Positions 9,822 through 20,013 of a DNA stretch of 64,000 bases are shown piece after piece. The stretch spans positions 1,385-65,384 of the forward strand of contig JBGUKU010000099.1 of the NCBI GenBank assembly GCA_045114615.1, written 5' to 3'. The notes under the pieces were generated by a model. It was not told the DNA's origin, did no database searches, and saw only the letters and a program-made list of their open reading frames with translations. Source of the stretch: Anaerovoracaceae bacterium. GTDB lineage: Bacteria; Bacillota; Clostridia; Peptostreptococcales; Anaerovoracaceae. The first letter of the stretch is position 1, and each line of letters opens with the position of its first letter. A program made the translations under genes and the position numbers.

Positions 9822-10493
9822 TTAAATAACTCCTGCAGGTATCAGTATGATAAGAAGCAGTGCATCGATTCCCCATACAGCAATGAGGAATCTTTTTCTT
9901 TTGACCGGTTCCATATCAGGCACATAGTTTGCCGCCAGGAAAAATGGTATATACGTAGTTATGAATACCGGAAGCACTCCCCACCATTTGTATACCCAGA
10001 TGAAGGAATGGTTTGATGTTCCTGCAAGGAACGACTCGAAGAGAGCGAACAGCAGTGCCATGCTCAGCGCTCCGGCAAGCTTGCAGTCAATGCCTTTTTT
10101 GCCGTTTTTTGCAAAATATCTTGTACTGCGATTCTCCGGCAGCATCTTGAGTGAGATCATACCTGCCAGTGAGAACATCATAGACAGCTCCCAGCACACT
10201 CCGATCAGCAATATGAACGTTGTGGATTCATTGCTTACTGACCATAGCGGATATCCCGTCACATGCCCTATTATTGCATTACATATCTCATAGAACCAAT
10301 GGACTCCGTAAAGCGCAAACCCGGCGTATATCATGTCGTATTTCTTATTATGGAACTCAGTCCAATATACGTAAAATACGACAGCCAGAATGAAAATGAA
10401 GGTCCAGTTGAAGTTATCAGTGCTGCGCACCTGTATGGCATCTACAAGGTCTTTCGCAGCCTGGGACCCGTCTCCCCAGAACACAAAATGCAT
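9822..10493 (-). CDS. Hypothetical integral membrane protein
   Basis: 223 aa with ~6 hydrophobic segments. AAAGGGGG RBS. Tightly follows the FGGY kinase gene. I recognised no family. Confidence 0.6.
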   Translation of the reverse strand: MHFVFWGDGSQAAKDLVDAIQVRSTDNFNWTFIFILAVVFYVYWTEFHNKKYDMIYAGFALYGVHWFYEICNAIIGHVTGYPLWSVSNESTTFILLIGVCWELSMMFSLAGMISLKMLPENRSTRYFAKNGKKGIDCKLAGALSMALLFALFESFLAGTSNHSFIWVYKWWGVLPVFITTYIPFFLAANYVPDMEPVKRKRFLIAVWGIDALLLIILIPAGVI

Positions 10494-10510
10494 ATCCAGC
10501 CCCCTTTCCG

Positions 10511-12100
10511 CTACTTGGATACTGCTTTGAAAAGATTCTTATTGGCAGCATACAGTTTTTTGAACGTCTTGTAATACCGTTTATACTTTGCGTGTTTTTT
10601 CATATCCGGTTTATATGTAGCTGCGACCTGAATTAACTGTTTGGTGCATCCAAGATCAGGAATAAGCCCGAGCCCGACCGCCACTACTGCAGCAGCTCCT
10701 ACAGCTCCCGCGTTCTGAGGTGAAGGAACGGTCTCTATGGTCCTGCCTGTGATATCCGCGAGCATCTGACACGATACCGGTGCGAGAGCACCGCCCCCGA
10801 CAAACCTGATCGGATTGGAAGTCTTTACCAGCCGGCCCTGACATTCCAGCATCCATCTGAGATGATAGAATACTCCCTCAAGTACGGCGTGTATCATCTG
10901 AGTCTTACCGGTCTCAAGTCCAAGGCCGAAGAACATACCGGTCGCGTTCGGATCTTCGAAAGGACATCTGTTGCCGTGCAGCCATGGAGTGAAAATAACT
11001 CCGCCTGAACCCGGCTCCACATCCTTTACTACCTCGTTGAGATATGCGAACAGGCTCGTATTTCTCTGTTCGTAGTCTGATGGTATGCCCTCTTTCTTTA
11101 TGTAAACACCGATCTCATCAAGCGCCAGGTGATCTCTTACCCACTCAAGGCACTTGCCCGCAGTCTCCATTTCAGCAAAATAGTTATACTTCCCCTCCTG
11201 GGCACCGGTCACAGAAGCGATCATGGAAGTGACATCGACTACCTGCCTTTTTGTGACCGTCGATACCCAGCCTGAGGTCCCGCTGTAGATGTGTGTATCG
11301 CCGACCTCAACGCTGCCGGCACCGATACCGATCAGCGATAAGTCTCCTCCGCCTCCAAATACAGGGGTTCCCGCTTTTAATCCAAGCTCTGAAGCGGCCT
11401 TTCCCGTCAGTCCTCCGACTTTGTCGGTAGATTTGATGATTCTCGGCAGAAGATCCATGTTTATACCGAACATCTCACACAGTTCTTCACTCCAGCACTT
11501 GCCCTCAGGACGTGTATCATAAATGAGGGTTCCGAAGGCAGAGTCCTCGGTCATCGTGAATTCTCCGGTGCAGCGGCTGATAAGATAATCCTTTACATCG
11601 AGCCATCTGTAAGCATCTTTGAAGCGAGGCTCATGGTTCTCAAGCCATTTGTATTTCCAGACAGGGTCCTTAACAGAGCTCGTTACAGCACCTGTGATCC
11701 TGAGGCTTGGAATCAGTTTGAAAACATTTGCGCCTGCGATCTGTATACCGTTTGCTATACCTTTCTTCAGCTCTTCCTTAGCTCTCTGATCCATATAGCT
11801 CATAGGTCTGTGAATAGGATCGCCATTTTTGTCTACGATAACGAGACCCTGCATCTGTGAGCAGAATGAAATGCCTTCTATCTGATCAGGCGTTACATCC
11901 ACCTTGCTGAACAGCTCCCTTGTGCTTATGGCCATGCCGTTCCACCAGTCATCACCATCCTGCTCTGCACCGCCGCCCTCAAGGATGTACAAAGGATATC
12001 CTGCTGATGTGGATTCGAGCAGTCTGATCGTCTTATCCACCTTAAAAAGACAGGTTTTTACTCCGGTAGTACCGATATCATATGTAAGAATAAACGCCAT
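10511..12100 (-). CDS. FGGY-family carbohydrate kinase
   Basis: 529 aa. N-terminal YDIGTTGVKTC phosphate-1 motif, GGGDLSL and GGGA motifs of the sugar-kinase/actin fold. Confidence 0.85.
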   Translation of the reverse strand: MAFILTYDIGTTGVKTCLFKVDKTIRLLESTSAGYPLYILEGGGAEQDGDDWWNGMAISTRELFSKVDVTPDQIEGISFCSQMQGLVIVDKNGDPIHRPMSYMDQRAKEELKKGIANGIQIAGANVFKLIPSLRITGAVTSSVKDPVWKYKWLENHEPRFKDAYRWLDVKDYLISRCTGEFTMTEDSAFGTLIYDTRPEGKCWSEELCEMFGINMDLLPRIIKSTDKVGGLTGKAASELGLKAGTPVFGGGGDLSLIGIGAGSVEVGDTHIYSGTSGWVSTVTKRQVVDVTSMIASVTGAQEGKYNYFAEMETAGKCLEWVRDHLALDEIGVYIKKEGIPSDYEQRNTSLFAYLNEVVKDVEPGSGGVIFTPWLHGNRCPFEDPNATGMFFGLGLETGKTQMIHAVLEGVFYHLRWMLECQGRLVKTSNPIRFVGGGALAPVSCQMLADITGRTIETVPSPQNAGAVGAAAVVAVGLGLIPDLGCTKQLIQVAATYKPDMKKHAKYKRYYKTFKKLYAANKNLFKAVSK

Positions 12101-12115
12101 TGCTCACACCCTTTT

Positions 12116-15100
12116 CTATTTACCTTCTTCCGTTCCTGTATATTCCACCGCAAGCATTGTGAGGTCGTCGAACTGCTCAACGCCGGCAGCAAACTCTGAT
12201 ACGGCTTTGCGGACATTTCTCAGCATCTCTTCGACCGGAGCGTACTTGTCTGCGTTCAGTGCTTCGAGCATCCGGTCTGTGCCGAACAGCTCATTTTTAG
12301 AATTTGTTGCTTCAGGCACGCCATCGGTATATACGAACAGCTTGTCTCCTGGCCTGAGCTGCAGTTCATAATCATTGTATTTAACGCCTTCCATGCCGCC
12401 GACAACAAAGCCGTGATTATCTTTGATGATCTCGAACTCCTCTCCGGTATGGCCTATTACAGGATACTCATGTCCTGCATTGGATGCCACCATCTTACCT
12501 GTTGAAAGTTCCAGAATACCCAGCCAGACTGTGATGAACATCTCCATCTGATTGTTCTCACAAATCTCCTTATTTGCTTTTTCAAGCACCTCTGCAGGTG
12601 TATTATCTCCCGAAGCAAAAGATTTAATCAGCACCTTGGAATTCATCATGAACAGCGACGCAGGTATTCCCTTTCCGCTTACATCCGCAATCACCATACA
12701 CAGATGGTCATCATCGATAAGGAAGAAGTCATAGAAATCTCCCCCTACCTCTCTGGCAGGCTCCATCATGGCAAATAGCTCAAATTCTTTTCTCTCCGGG
12801 AAAGGAGGAAATTCATGTGGAAGCACACTTGTCTGTATCTGATTCGCCATATGCAGCTCATTGACAACACGATCACGCTCTGCCTTCTCGCGATGCTGTT
12901 CTTCGACCTTTTTCATCTTTTCACGAACATACAGCTGCAGGATAGCAAGTGAGCAGACTGCGAACAAAACCATTGCAAGCACAAAGAACCATGCCTGCTC
13001 ATAGAAAGCTTTTGCCTTAATGATCGTGGCAGTCATAGTCTTGCTGTTCCTGCCCATCGAATCCATTACCTGCATATCGAATCTGTATGTTCCGCCCTGC
13101 AGATTTGTATAGTAAAGCGGCCCCAGCTCGCTGAGCTTTAAAGTCGACGGCTTTCTTTCGAACCCTCTGAGCATGAATGACACTGTAGGATCCGTCAGTG
13201 AATAGTTGTAAACATATGCATAGACTGCCAGCTTCTTTGTGCTTGCCGGGATCCGTAAATAACCTTTCTTGTCAGGATATATAAATTTGCTGTCCGCTTT
13301 TACATACGGAACCGACATCTTCAGTTCTTCGATATCTTCCGGCGATTCTTCAATATTTACCTTTACCACTCCGGATCTGCCTGACATGTAAAGATCACCG
13401 TTCTCTGTCAGATAATTGTACGGATTGCTTGTGACTATACACGGGATTCCATTGGCTATTCCATAGTGGACAGGATCTGTGGCCTTATTTGCCATCAGGT
13501 CCTTAACAGGTGCAACGTAGATACCGTCACTGCTGAGTATCCACATATCGCCATTGCTGTTTTTAAATATATCCAGGTTGTCCGGATATGGGAATTTGCT
13601 TATAGTTTTTACCTTGTAGTCTTCTGTCAAATAGGCAAGTGAGTTCCCTGTAACCAGCCAGAAGATCCTGTTTTCTTCATCATATACTATTCGCATTATG
13701 ACGCCTGAAGCCAGTCCTGCATCCCTGCCTATATTCCTTGTGCCCTCGCTGTTTATAACATAAATGCCATCGCCGTTTGACCCTACCAGCACGTCCCCGT
13801 TTGGCGCTTCGCAGACGTTGAGAGTCTCATTATTGACTATGCCATTATCCCTGTCATAGGCAGCAACAACTGCATCGTCTTTTATTATGTTGAGTCCTCC
13901 CGTGACGGCAACCAGTATTCTGCCATCTCTCGTTTCATAAACGCTGCGAACACGTTTTGACAGGAGTCCGCCTGTCTCATCAAATACTGTCAGTTCTCCA
14001 TGGTCATAACGCAGAAGTCCCAGTGATTTCCATGTGGATATCCAAAGGCGGTCCCTGCTGTCACGGATTATTGAGCGTATACGGATACCATCCAGCAGAT
14101 CCAGAAGATCGGAAGCCGTCTGATCCTCTCTGAGCTGGCCTCCATTTGCTTTTCTTACTGAAGTCAGCGGAATGGACTCCACCACCCCTTCACCATCCGT
14201 AACTACAAGCCCGTTGTCAGAGCCCATGAACAGTTTTCCATCAAGCATGCAGGTGGTGTTGATGACTCTGTCTTCGAGTCCGTAGCGCGCAAAGACATCT
14301 GTGAAACGGTTAGCCACCAGTTTCATTACACCCTGACGAGAAGATGTAAACCACAGATTGCCCTGATAATCCATCATCACATGGTCTACGGAGTTGTTGA
14401 GAGGAAGATAGTCCAGAGAGTGGAATCCATCTTCAGCTATCGCACCTGCTCCGCCGCGTGTGCATACCCATAAATAATCGCCTATCTGAGTAATGTCATA
14501 AACACCGACGAGAGGAGAGATGTCGATACGCTCCGCAGTATTGAAGCCGCTTTTCAGATTAACGTGAAATACCCCCTCATCTTCAGTTCCATAGTATATC
14601 CATCCGGGCCTTTTATTATCCGGATACACACAGGTTATCGGATGCATTGTCTCGTCCTTCTCGTAATAGTTAACGAGATTTCCGTCACGCAGTATGAATA
14701 TATTGCCGTCATGTGATGTGCAGTAAACCAGACCGTCGCTGTCTGAGACCATGCTCTCAACATAAACATCATCAATTCTTTCGTCTTTCAGGGTGATCAT
14801 CTCAAGATCCGATTTGAACATTGAGATGCCGGCCGTGGTTCCTACATAAACACAGCCATCCTCATCTCCTTCGATATCGTTGATTTTGGAAGCACCGAGA
14901 CCGTCTTTTTCGCTCCAGAACCGGAACTCTCCATTCTCCATGACAGCCACACCGTTATCATTAGTACCGATCCAGAGCCTGTCCTGCTTGTCGACATACA
15001 GACTGGATATGCTGTTGACTCCCTGTGTGGAATCCAGACGCTCGAAAGTATTGCCGTCATACCGCACAAGTCCCGCATAGCAGCCTATCCATATAAAGCC

Positions 15101-15331
15101 TTCTGAAGTCTGTACGATGGTGTTTGCTTCAGCGGCAGGAAGGCCGTTGGTATTGTCATATACAACGGCAGAATAATTATCGTTGTTCCTGACTGGATCA
15201 ACAGATGGTTTTACCGCATCAGTATCTGCAGCTGCAGCTGTCTGTGTCACAATAAGCAGCACTAAAACCAGGCTCATCGCAAGCCATGCACAAACTTTTA
15301 TTCCTTTTGACATTTTATATTGAAGTCTCAT
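12116..15331 (-). CDS. Membrane sensor: extracytoplasmic two-component-regulator beta-propeller/Y_Y_Y region + TM + PP2C (SpoIIE/RsbU-type) phosphatase
   Basis: 1071 aa. N-terminal signal anchor, ~730 aa of repeated propeller-like units (W/GT..G), a TM segment (FFVLAMVLFAVCSLAILQLYV), and a C-terminal PP2C domain with GGDFYDF, ADVSGKGIPASLFM and YTDGVPEA motifs. Confidence 0.8.
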   Translation of the reverse strand: MRLQYKMSKGIKVCAWLAMSLVLVLLIVTQTAAAADTDAVKPSVDPVRNNDNYSAVVYDNTNGLPAAEANTIVQTSEGFIWIGCYAGLVRYDGNTFERLDSTQGVNSISSLYVDKQDRLWIGTNDNGVAVMENGEFRFWSEKDGLGASKINDIEGDEDGCVYVGTTAGISMFKSDLEMITLKDERIDDVYVESMVSDSDGLVYCTSHDGNIFILRDGNLVNYYEKDETMHPITCVYPDNKRPGWIYYGTEDEGVFHVNLKSGFNTAERIDISPLVGVYDITQIGDYLWVCTRGGAGAIAEDGFHSLDYLPLNNSVDHVMMDYQGNLWFTSSRQGVMKLVANRFTDVFARYGLEDRVINTTCMLDGKLFMGSDNGLVVTDGEGVVESIPLTSVRKANGGQLREDQTASDLLDLLDGIRIRSIIRDSRDRLWISTWKSLGLLRYDHGELTVFDETGGLLSKRVRSVYETRDGRILVAVTGGLNIIKDDAVVAAYDRDNGIVNNETLNVCEAPNGDVLVGSNGDGIYVINSEGTRNIGRDAGLASGVIMRIVYDEENRIFWLVTGNSLAYLTEDYKVKTISKFPYPDNLDIFKNSNGDMWILSSDGIYVAPVKDLMANKATDPVHYGIANGIPCIVTSNPYNYLTENGDLYMSGRSGVVKVNIEESPEDIEELKMSVPYVKADSKFIYPDKKGYLRIPASTKKLAVYAYVYNYSLTDPTVSFMLRGFERKPSTLKLSELGPLYYTNLQGGTYRFDMQVMDSMGRNSKTMTATIIKAKAFYEQAWFFVLAMVLFAVCSLAILQLYVREKMKKVEEQHREKAERDRVVNELHMANQIQTSVLPHEFPPFPERKEFELFAMMEPAREVGGDFYDFFLIDDDHLCMVIADVSGKGIPASLFMMNSKVLIKSFASGDNTPAEVLEKANKEICENNQMEMFITVWLGILELSTGKMVASNAGHEYPVIGHTGEEFEIIKDNHGFVVGGMEGVKYNDYELQLRPGDKLFVYTDGVPEATNSKNELFGTDRMLEALNADKYAPVEEMLRNVRKAVSEFAAGVEQFDDLTMLAVEYTGTEEGK

Positions 15332-15477
15332 TTAAGTATTTTCCCTTATCCGAAACTATTTATTTCAAACTCCTTCTGCAGCATGAAATGCATACTGCCT
15401 ATACATAGTTTATTATACTAAAAAAAGCCCCCGCGGTATAGCAAAGGCTGTTTCCGGCATTATTGCTTAATAACATT

Positions 15478-16887
15478 TTATCCTTTTCTGTTTTGCTCCT
15501 TCGGACTTAATTCCTGAAGTCTTCTGAAGCTCAGAAGTACCATCGACACAGACATTATGAACGCCATTGTATCAGCGATAGGGCTGGCGGCGAGAACACC
15601 ATTTATACCCATGAACTTCGGAAGTATGATAAGCAGCGGAATCAGGAACAGCCCCTGTCTCGACAGTGATACCAGCAGACCCTGCCTGTGATTGCCGGTT
15701 GCCGAGAAATAGTTGATAGTTACCGGCTGTATGTTCTGGAAAAATACCAGCAGCATGTAAATCTTAAGATATTTTTCCGCAAATTCATAGTACAGGTCGG
15801 AACCCGTTCCGAATATCGAGATTATCTGTCTCGGGCATGTCTGGAGCGCTATAAAGAACAGTACCCCTACTGTAAAGGCGGCCCCAAACGCTCTCCAGTA
15901 TGTGCCCTTCACACGGTCATATTTTTTTGCGCCCAGATTAAAGCCCCAGATAGGCTGGCATCCCTGTGCAAGACCCACGGCAAACGATACCATTATCATG
16001 TTGGTCTTCTGAGCGATTCCCGCCACCGCCAGCGGGATATCCGGCCCATATATGGACGCGGCTCCGTAAGATGACAGAACATTATTGAGCACTATCGCCG
16101 TGCACATCATAAGCATATGGTTGCAGAAGTTCGGGATGCCTGCAGACATGCTTCTCTTAAGATGAGGCAGGCTCACCTTCAAATCACTTATTCTTATATC
16201 GAAAGCCTTGAACCCCGGTAAGTAAAGGACCGCCAGCAGACAGCTGAATATCTGTGATACAGAAGTTGCGACAGCAGCTCCGACAAGTCCCATGCCCAAC
16301 GGAAACATAAACAGCCAGTCAAGGAACACATTCAATATGGCGCCGGAAACGGTACATATCATCGAATAGTTCGGGCTTCCGTCGGCTCTTATGATCGTAG
16401 ACGCGGTATGCGAAAACATGTGAAACGGAAGTCCGATCGTCGTGATTGAAAGGTATGACACCGCATAGTCATATACCATTCCGTCCGGATCAGCTCCGCA
16501 TATAGCAACAACTTTAAATCTTAATAAAAACAGCAGAATTCCTGTGACAAGGCCGGCAATGACAACTCCGGCAAATCCCGTATGCACATACTTTCTCGCT
16601 TCATCCAGCTCATCGGCGCCCTGGCTTATGCTGAAATTTGCTGCGGTTCCTATTCCGAACAGCATACTGAGTCCCGTCGTAAGTGTCACTGTCGGAAATA
16701 CGACATTAGTGGCAGCATTTCCGAGCATGCCAACCACGTGACCAATAAATATCTGGTCAGTAACGTTATAGGCTGCTCCGATAAGCATGCTTATGATAGC
16801 CGGAATCGAAAATCTTGCTATCAGAGGCGCAAGAGGAGCACTGCCAAGCGGGTTGTCTGCTGCATTTTTATAGGGACCTTGCTTCAT
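15478..16887 (-). CDS. MATE-family efflux transporter
   Basis: ~469 aa with 12 TM segments. N-terminal NPLGSAPLAPLIARFSIPAIISML is typical of MATE proteins. The start is uncertain: ATG 16887 versus TTG 16905. Confidence 0.8.
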   Translation of the reverse strand: MKQGPYKNAADNPLGSAPLAPLIARFSIPAIISMLIGAAYNVTDQIFIGHVVGMLGNAATNVVFPTVTLTTGLSMLFGIGTAANFSISQGADELDEARKYVHTGFAGVVIAGLVTGILLFLLRFKVVAICGADPDGMVYDYAVSYLSITTIGLPFHMFSHTASTIIRADGSPNYSMICTVSGAILNVFLDWLFMFPLGMGLVGAAVATSVSQIFSCLLAVLYLPGFKAFDIRISDLKVSLPHLKRSMSAGIPNFCNHMLMMCTAIVLNNVLSSYGAASIYGPDIPLAVAGIAQKTNMIMVSFAVGLAQGCQPIWGFNLGAKKYDRVKGTYWRAFGAAFTVGVLFFIALQTCPRQIISIFGTGSDLYYEFAEKYLKIYMLLVFFQNIQPVTINYFSATGNHRQGLLVSLSRQGLFLIPLLIILPKFMGINGVLAASPIADTMAFIMSVSMVLLSFRRLQELSPKEQNRKG

Positions 16888-16913
16888 GCTTTTATAATAC
16901 CACAAACAAAAGG

Positions 16914-16949
16914 TGCAAAAAGAGGAGCATATGCCACCGCATATGCTCC
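16914..16949 (-). terminator. Rho-independent terminator after the GPH transporter gene
   Basis: Stem GGAGCATATGC/GCATATGCTCC (16924-16949), followed on the minus strand by TCTTTTT. Confidence 0.7.
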
Positions 16950-16971
16950 ATCGATATTGGTTTTTTATGGT

Positions 16972-18330
16972 TTATTCCTCGCCCTTGATCTCTCTGATTC
17001 TGGAAAGGATCATCTTCTCGTTATACAGGAAGAAGAGGCACGCTCCGGTAACACAGGTGACAAATGCAACAGCCGCTGTTGCTCTGTAGCTTCCCGGAGT
17101 TCCGGAAACTGTGATAGATGTGAACACTACCATAGCGAGAGCCTGTCCCATTTTGAAAGCAAATGTACGTGCTGCAAAAAACATGCCGCTGCGATCCTCA
17201 CCTGTCTCAAGACGGCTGAGCTCTGCTACATCAGCAACGCAGGCCTGAGGCAGGATACCCAGGATAGCCATAGGCACGGATGCGCATACAGCTACGATGA
17301 AGCCCCAGTACAGGCCCTTTCCGCAGAGGAAAGTGATCAGGAATACAAGTGCGTATCCGAAGAATCCCGTGATTATCATTTTTTTCTTTCCGATCTTTGG
17401 CGCCAGTTTGTTGACGATCGGATACTGGCATACACTGAGGAAAGTCATGGTTGCCGTCAGCACGAAAGTCCATGTATCCTCGATCCCCATCAGCTTGGTC
17501 TCATAGAAAGCAAGTCCTGTCTGGAAGAGCGTAAGAGCAAAGAAGTATATAACATCGCTGTAAACAAAGCGTCTGAACTGTCTGTTCTGGAAAGTCTTGA
17601 GCAGCGAAGAGAACGCCTTTGTCTCACTCGGTTTAGCCTCAAGATAATCGCGCTCCTTGATGTAAAGGGACGGCACAAGCATGGCTATGCATGCAAGGGT
17701 CGCCATAATAGCAACAGCCATTCTTACTGAACCCGCCAGTCCGAAAGACCCCTGAAGAGCTCCGGCAACATTCGGAAGCATGAACGAAATCGACTGGCCT
17801 GCGATGAATGTGAATGAGATATAAGTCGAAACATTTATACGGTGCTGCTGTGTATCACCGAGTTCCGCGATCAGTGCGTTGTACGGAGTGCAGAATATCG
17901 TCATGAACAGATAGAACGTTATAAGCAGCGCAAACAGGATCACATCATTGACGACAATGTTTCCTGTTTGAGGCAATGTGAAGAGCCCGATCGTAATAAG
18001 TGCAAACGGGACAGCAATTGCACGCATGAATGGAATCCTGCGGCCGCCCTTGAATTTTGCGCGGTCAGACCATCCGGCTATCAGAGGGTCTGTGACAGCA
18101 TCGAATATACGTCCTACAGCCAGTACCAGTCCGAAAAGTGTGAGTTTAAACACTATCGGATGCTGGGTAATGCCCGAAGCGAATATGCCAGTGAGCGGGT
18201 TCTGCGCATCAGGCGTACCTGTATAGTAATAAACCATCCAGTTTGCAACTATTCCGGAAAGCAGGCTCCATCCGAACTGCCCGACTGCAAATATCCACAA
18301 CAGCTTATTTGTTATAGGTTTCTTCTGCAT
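16972..18330 (-). CDS. MFS glycoside-pentoside-hexuronide (GPH):cation symporter family transporter
   Basis: 452 aa with 12 TM segments. The motif GRIFDAVTDPLIAGWSDR is typical of MelB/GPH family loop 2-3. AGGAGAA RBS. Confidence 0.8.
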   Translation of the reverse strand: MQKKPITNKLLWIFAVGQFGWSLLSGIVANWMVYYYTGTPDAQNPLTGIFASGITQHPIVFKLTLFGLVLAVGRIFDAVTDPLIAGWSDRAKFKGGRRIPFMRAIAVPFALITIGLFTLPQTGNIVVNDVILFALLITFYLFMTIFCTPYNALIAELGDTQQHRINVSTYISFTFIAGQSISFMLPNVAGALQGSFGLAGSVRMAVAIMATLACIAMLVPSLYIKERDYLEAKPSETKAFSSLLKTFQNRQFRRFVYSDVIYFFALTLFQTGLAFYETKLMGIEDTWTFVLTATMTFLSVCQYPIVNKLAPKIGKKKMIITGFFGYALVFLITFLCGKGLYWGFIVAVCASVPMAILGILPQACVADVAELSRLETGEDRSGMFFAARTFAFKMGQALAMVVFTSITVSGTPGSYRATAAVAFVTCVTGACLFFLYNEKMILSRIREIKGEE

Positions 18331-18485
18331 ATTGGTTCTCCTATGATATTAGCGGCTTCTTAAGTTAAGCCTGGCAAAAAACAGCAAGAGAGCAGTTTAT
18401 CAACTGTCCCTTCCCTTTCCCGGTACATTGTAGCATGTACATCGTGTATATTGAAACTGTTTTTTACTCGGCAGTTTCCCTTTGT

Positions 18486-19196
18486 CTATTTGTTTTTCAG
18501 CGGAGCCCCGGAAAATCTGACTGCGACTCTCGCAAGCACCTCAGTCGGATCAATGGCAGGTATGCCTGTTTCCCCTATGAGATCGAAAGCCATTGGCAAT
18601 TCTGTGCATCCGAGAATCAGGACTTCTGCCCCTTTACCTTTCATCTCGGAAATAACTCCATCTATATCAAGATCCGAAAAGTCCATTATGCCTGCCTTTA
18701 CATGGTCATATATGAGACTCATGATGATCTTCTGTTTTTCTGCAGAAGGATATACAGGATCTATACCCTCTTCTTTGAGTGCATCACCATATACTCCGCT
18801 CCGGCAGGTACCATCTGTCGCAAGTACTCCGGCCTTCTTCACACCCATCTCAAAAATAAGCTGTGCAGTCAGCCTTGGCATATGCAGTACAGGTATTTTT
18901 ATGTCTTCACATACACTGTCATAGAAGTAGTGTGCGGTATTGCATGCCATCATGAGGACATCTGCGCCTGCTGATTCAAGGCGTTTAGCGCTTTTCTTCA
19001 GTTCAGGACGCGGATCGGTCCCGCCGTGAAGTATCGCGGCAGTTCTGTCTGCTATCCTCGTATTACAGTCTATCAGCACAGGAATGTTATCCTGATCGCA
19101 GGACGCAACAGTATTATTGAGTATCTTCTCGGCGAGGTCGTAGGTAGCCAGAGGACCCATCCCGCCGATTATTCCTATCGTTTTATAACTGTTCAT
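18486..19196 (-). CDS. Aspartate/glutamate racemase family protein (two-Cys type)
   Basis: 236 aa. IGIIGGMGPLAT N-terminus and both catalytic-Cys motifs are present: ACNTAHYF (Cys85) and LGCTELP (Cys197). Confidence 0.85.
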   Translation of the reverse strand: MNSYKTIGIIGGMGPLATYDLAEKILNNTVASCDQDNIPVLIDCNTRIADRTAAILHGGTDPRPELKKSAKRLESAGADVLMMACNTAHYFYDSVCEDIKIPVLHMPRLTAQLIFEMGVKKAGVLATDGTCRSGVYGDALKEEGIDPVYPSAEKQKIIMSLIYDHVKAGIMDFSDLDIDGVISEMKGKGAEVLILGCTELPMAFDLIGETGIPAIDPTEVLARVAVRFSGAPLKNK

Positions 19197-19225
19197 TTTA
19201 ACTACCTTCTATATGCAGCTCCGAA

Positions 19226-19981
19226 TCAAAGTATTTCTGTGAGTATCCTTATGAAGAAGATCACCAGTACGGTAAGCATGAGCGGACGTACAGCCTTAGC
19301 TCCCTTCTTTTCGAAGAATGTCACACCGATGTAATTGCCTATGATACCGAATAAGCCTCCGAAAAAACCCAGCAGTAATATTACCTTACCGTTCATAAGG
19401 TAAACTGCCAGTGACGATAAATTGGTCGTCAGATTTATGGATTTTGCAACTCCGTTGGCCTCTCCGAGTCTGAAATGCGCGAAGGCTGTCAGGAGCAATA
19501 TGAGGAATGTCCCCGTACCGGGTCCGTAGAACCCGTCATAAACGCCTATAAGAAGTGCCACCAGCGCTGACCGTATAATGGTCTGCCGATTGCTCAGCGG
19601 TTCCTTTTCGTCCATCTTTTTATTCCGCATGACATACAGTGCCGTCAGCGGAATTATGACAAGCATTATCCTTTTGAACAGTTCGGCATTCACCATAAGC
19701 GCGAGATTTGCCCCGGCTGATGAGCCTATAATGGCCATCAGAATACATAAGGCAGCCCTGCGCCACGGGATATATCCAAGTCTTGCAAGCCTGTATGTTG
19801 ATATTGTAGTGCCCATACCCGAACTCAGTTTGTTGGTCGCTATGGCGTTATGAACAGGCACGCCGGCAATCATATAAGCGGGCAGCGAGATAAGCCCCCC
19901 GCCGCCCGCAACTGCATCAACGAATCCCCCCAGAAATGTCAGGGGGCATACTATTAAGAAAGTCCAAATACTCAATTCCAT
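19226..19981 (-). CDS. TauE/SafE (TSUP) family anion exporter
   Basis: Start refined to ATG 19981 (MELSIWTFLIV...), because the longer track ORF would overlap bioY. GGFVDAVAGGGGLISLP motif and ~8 TM segments. Confidence 0.75.
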   Translation of the reverse strand: MELSIWTFLIVCPLTFLGGFVDAVAGGGGLISLPAYMIAGVPVHNAIATNKLSSGMGTTISTYRLARLGYIPWRRAALCILMAIIGSSAGANLALMVNAELFKRIMLVIIPLTALYVMRNKKMDEKEPLSNRQTIIRSALVALLIGVYDGFYGPGTGTFLILLLTAFAHFRLGEANGVAKSINLTTNLSSLAVYLMNGKVILLLGFFGGLFGIIGNYIGVTFFEKKGAKAVRPLMLTVLVIFFIRILTEIL

Positions 19982-20013
19982 TCCGGTTTTATCTCTTAGT
20001 CCTTTATAACCAG

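Noticed and set aside
15332-15477. Possible terminator or small RNA in the 146-nt spacer after the MATE gene
   Set aside because: I found only weak, short complementarity around AAAGCCCCCGCGG next to an A/T run, and could not fold a convincing stem by eye.
16582-17730. 382-aa plus-strand ORF, the longest unexplained ORF in the track
   Set aside because: It is antisense to two well-supported transporter genes (MATE and GPH) and runs straight through their intergenic terminator. Its composition is rich in Cys, Ser, His and Arg, and it has no RBS and no recognisable motif. It looks like a typical shadow ORF.
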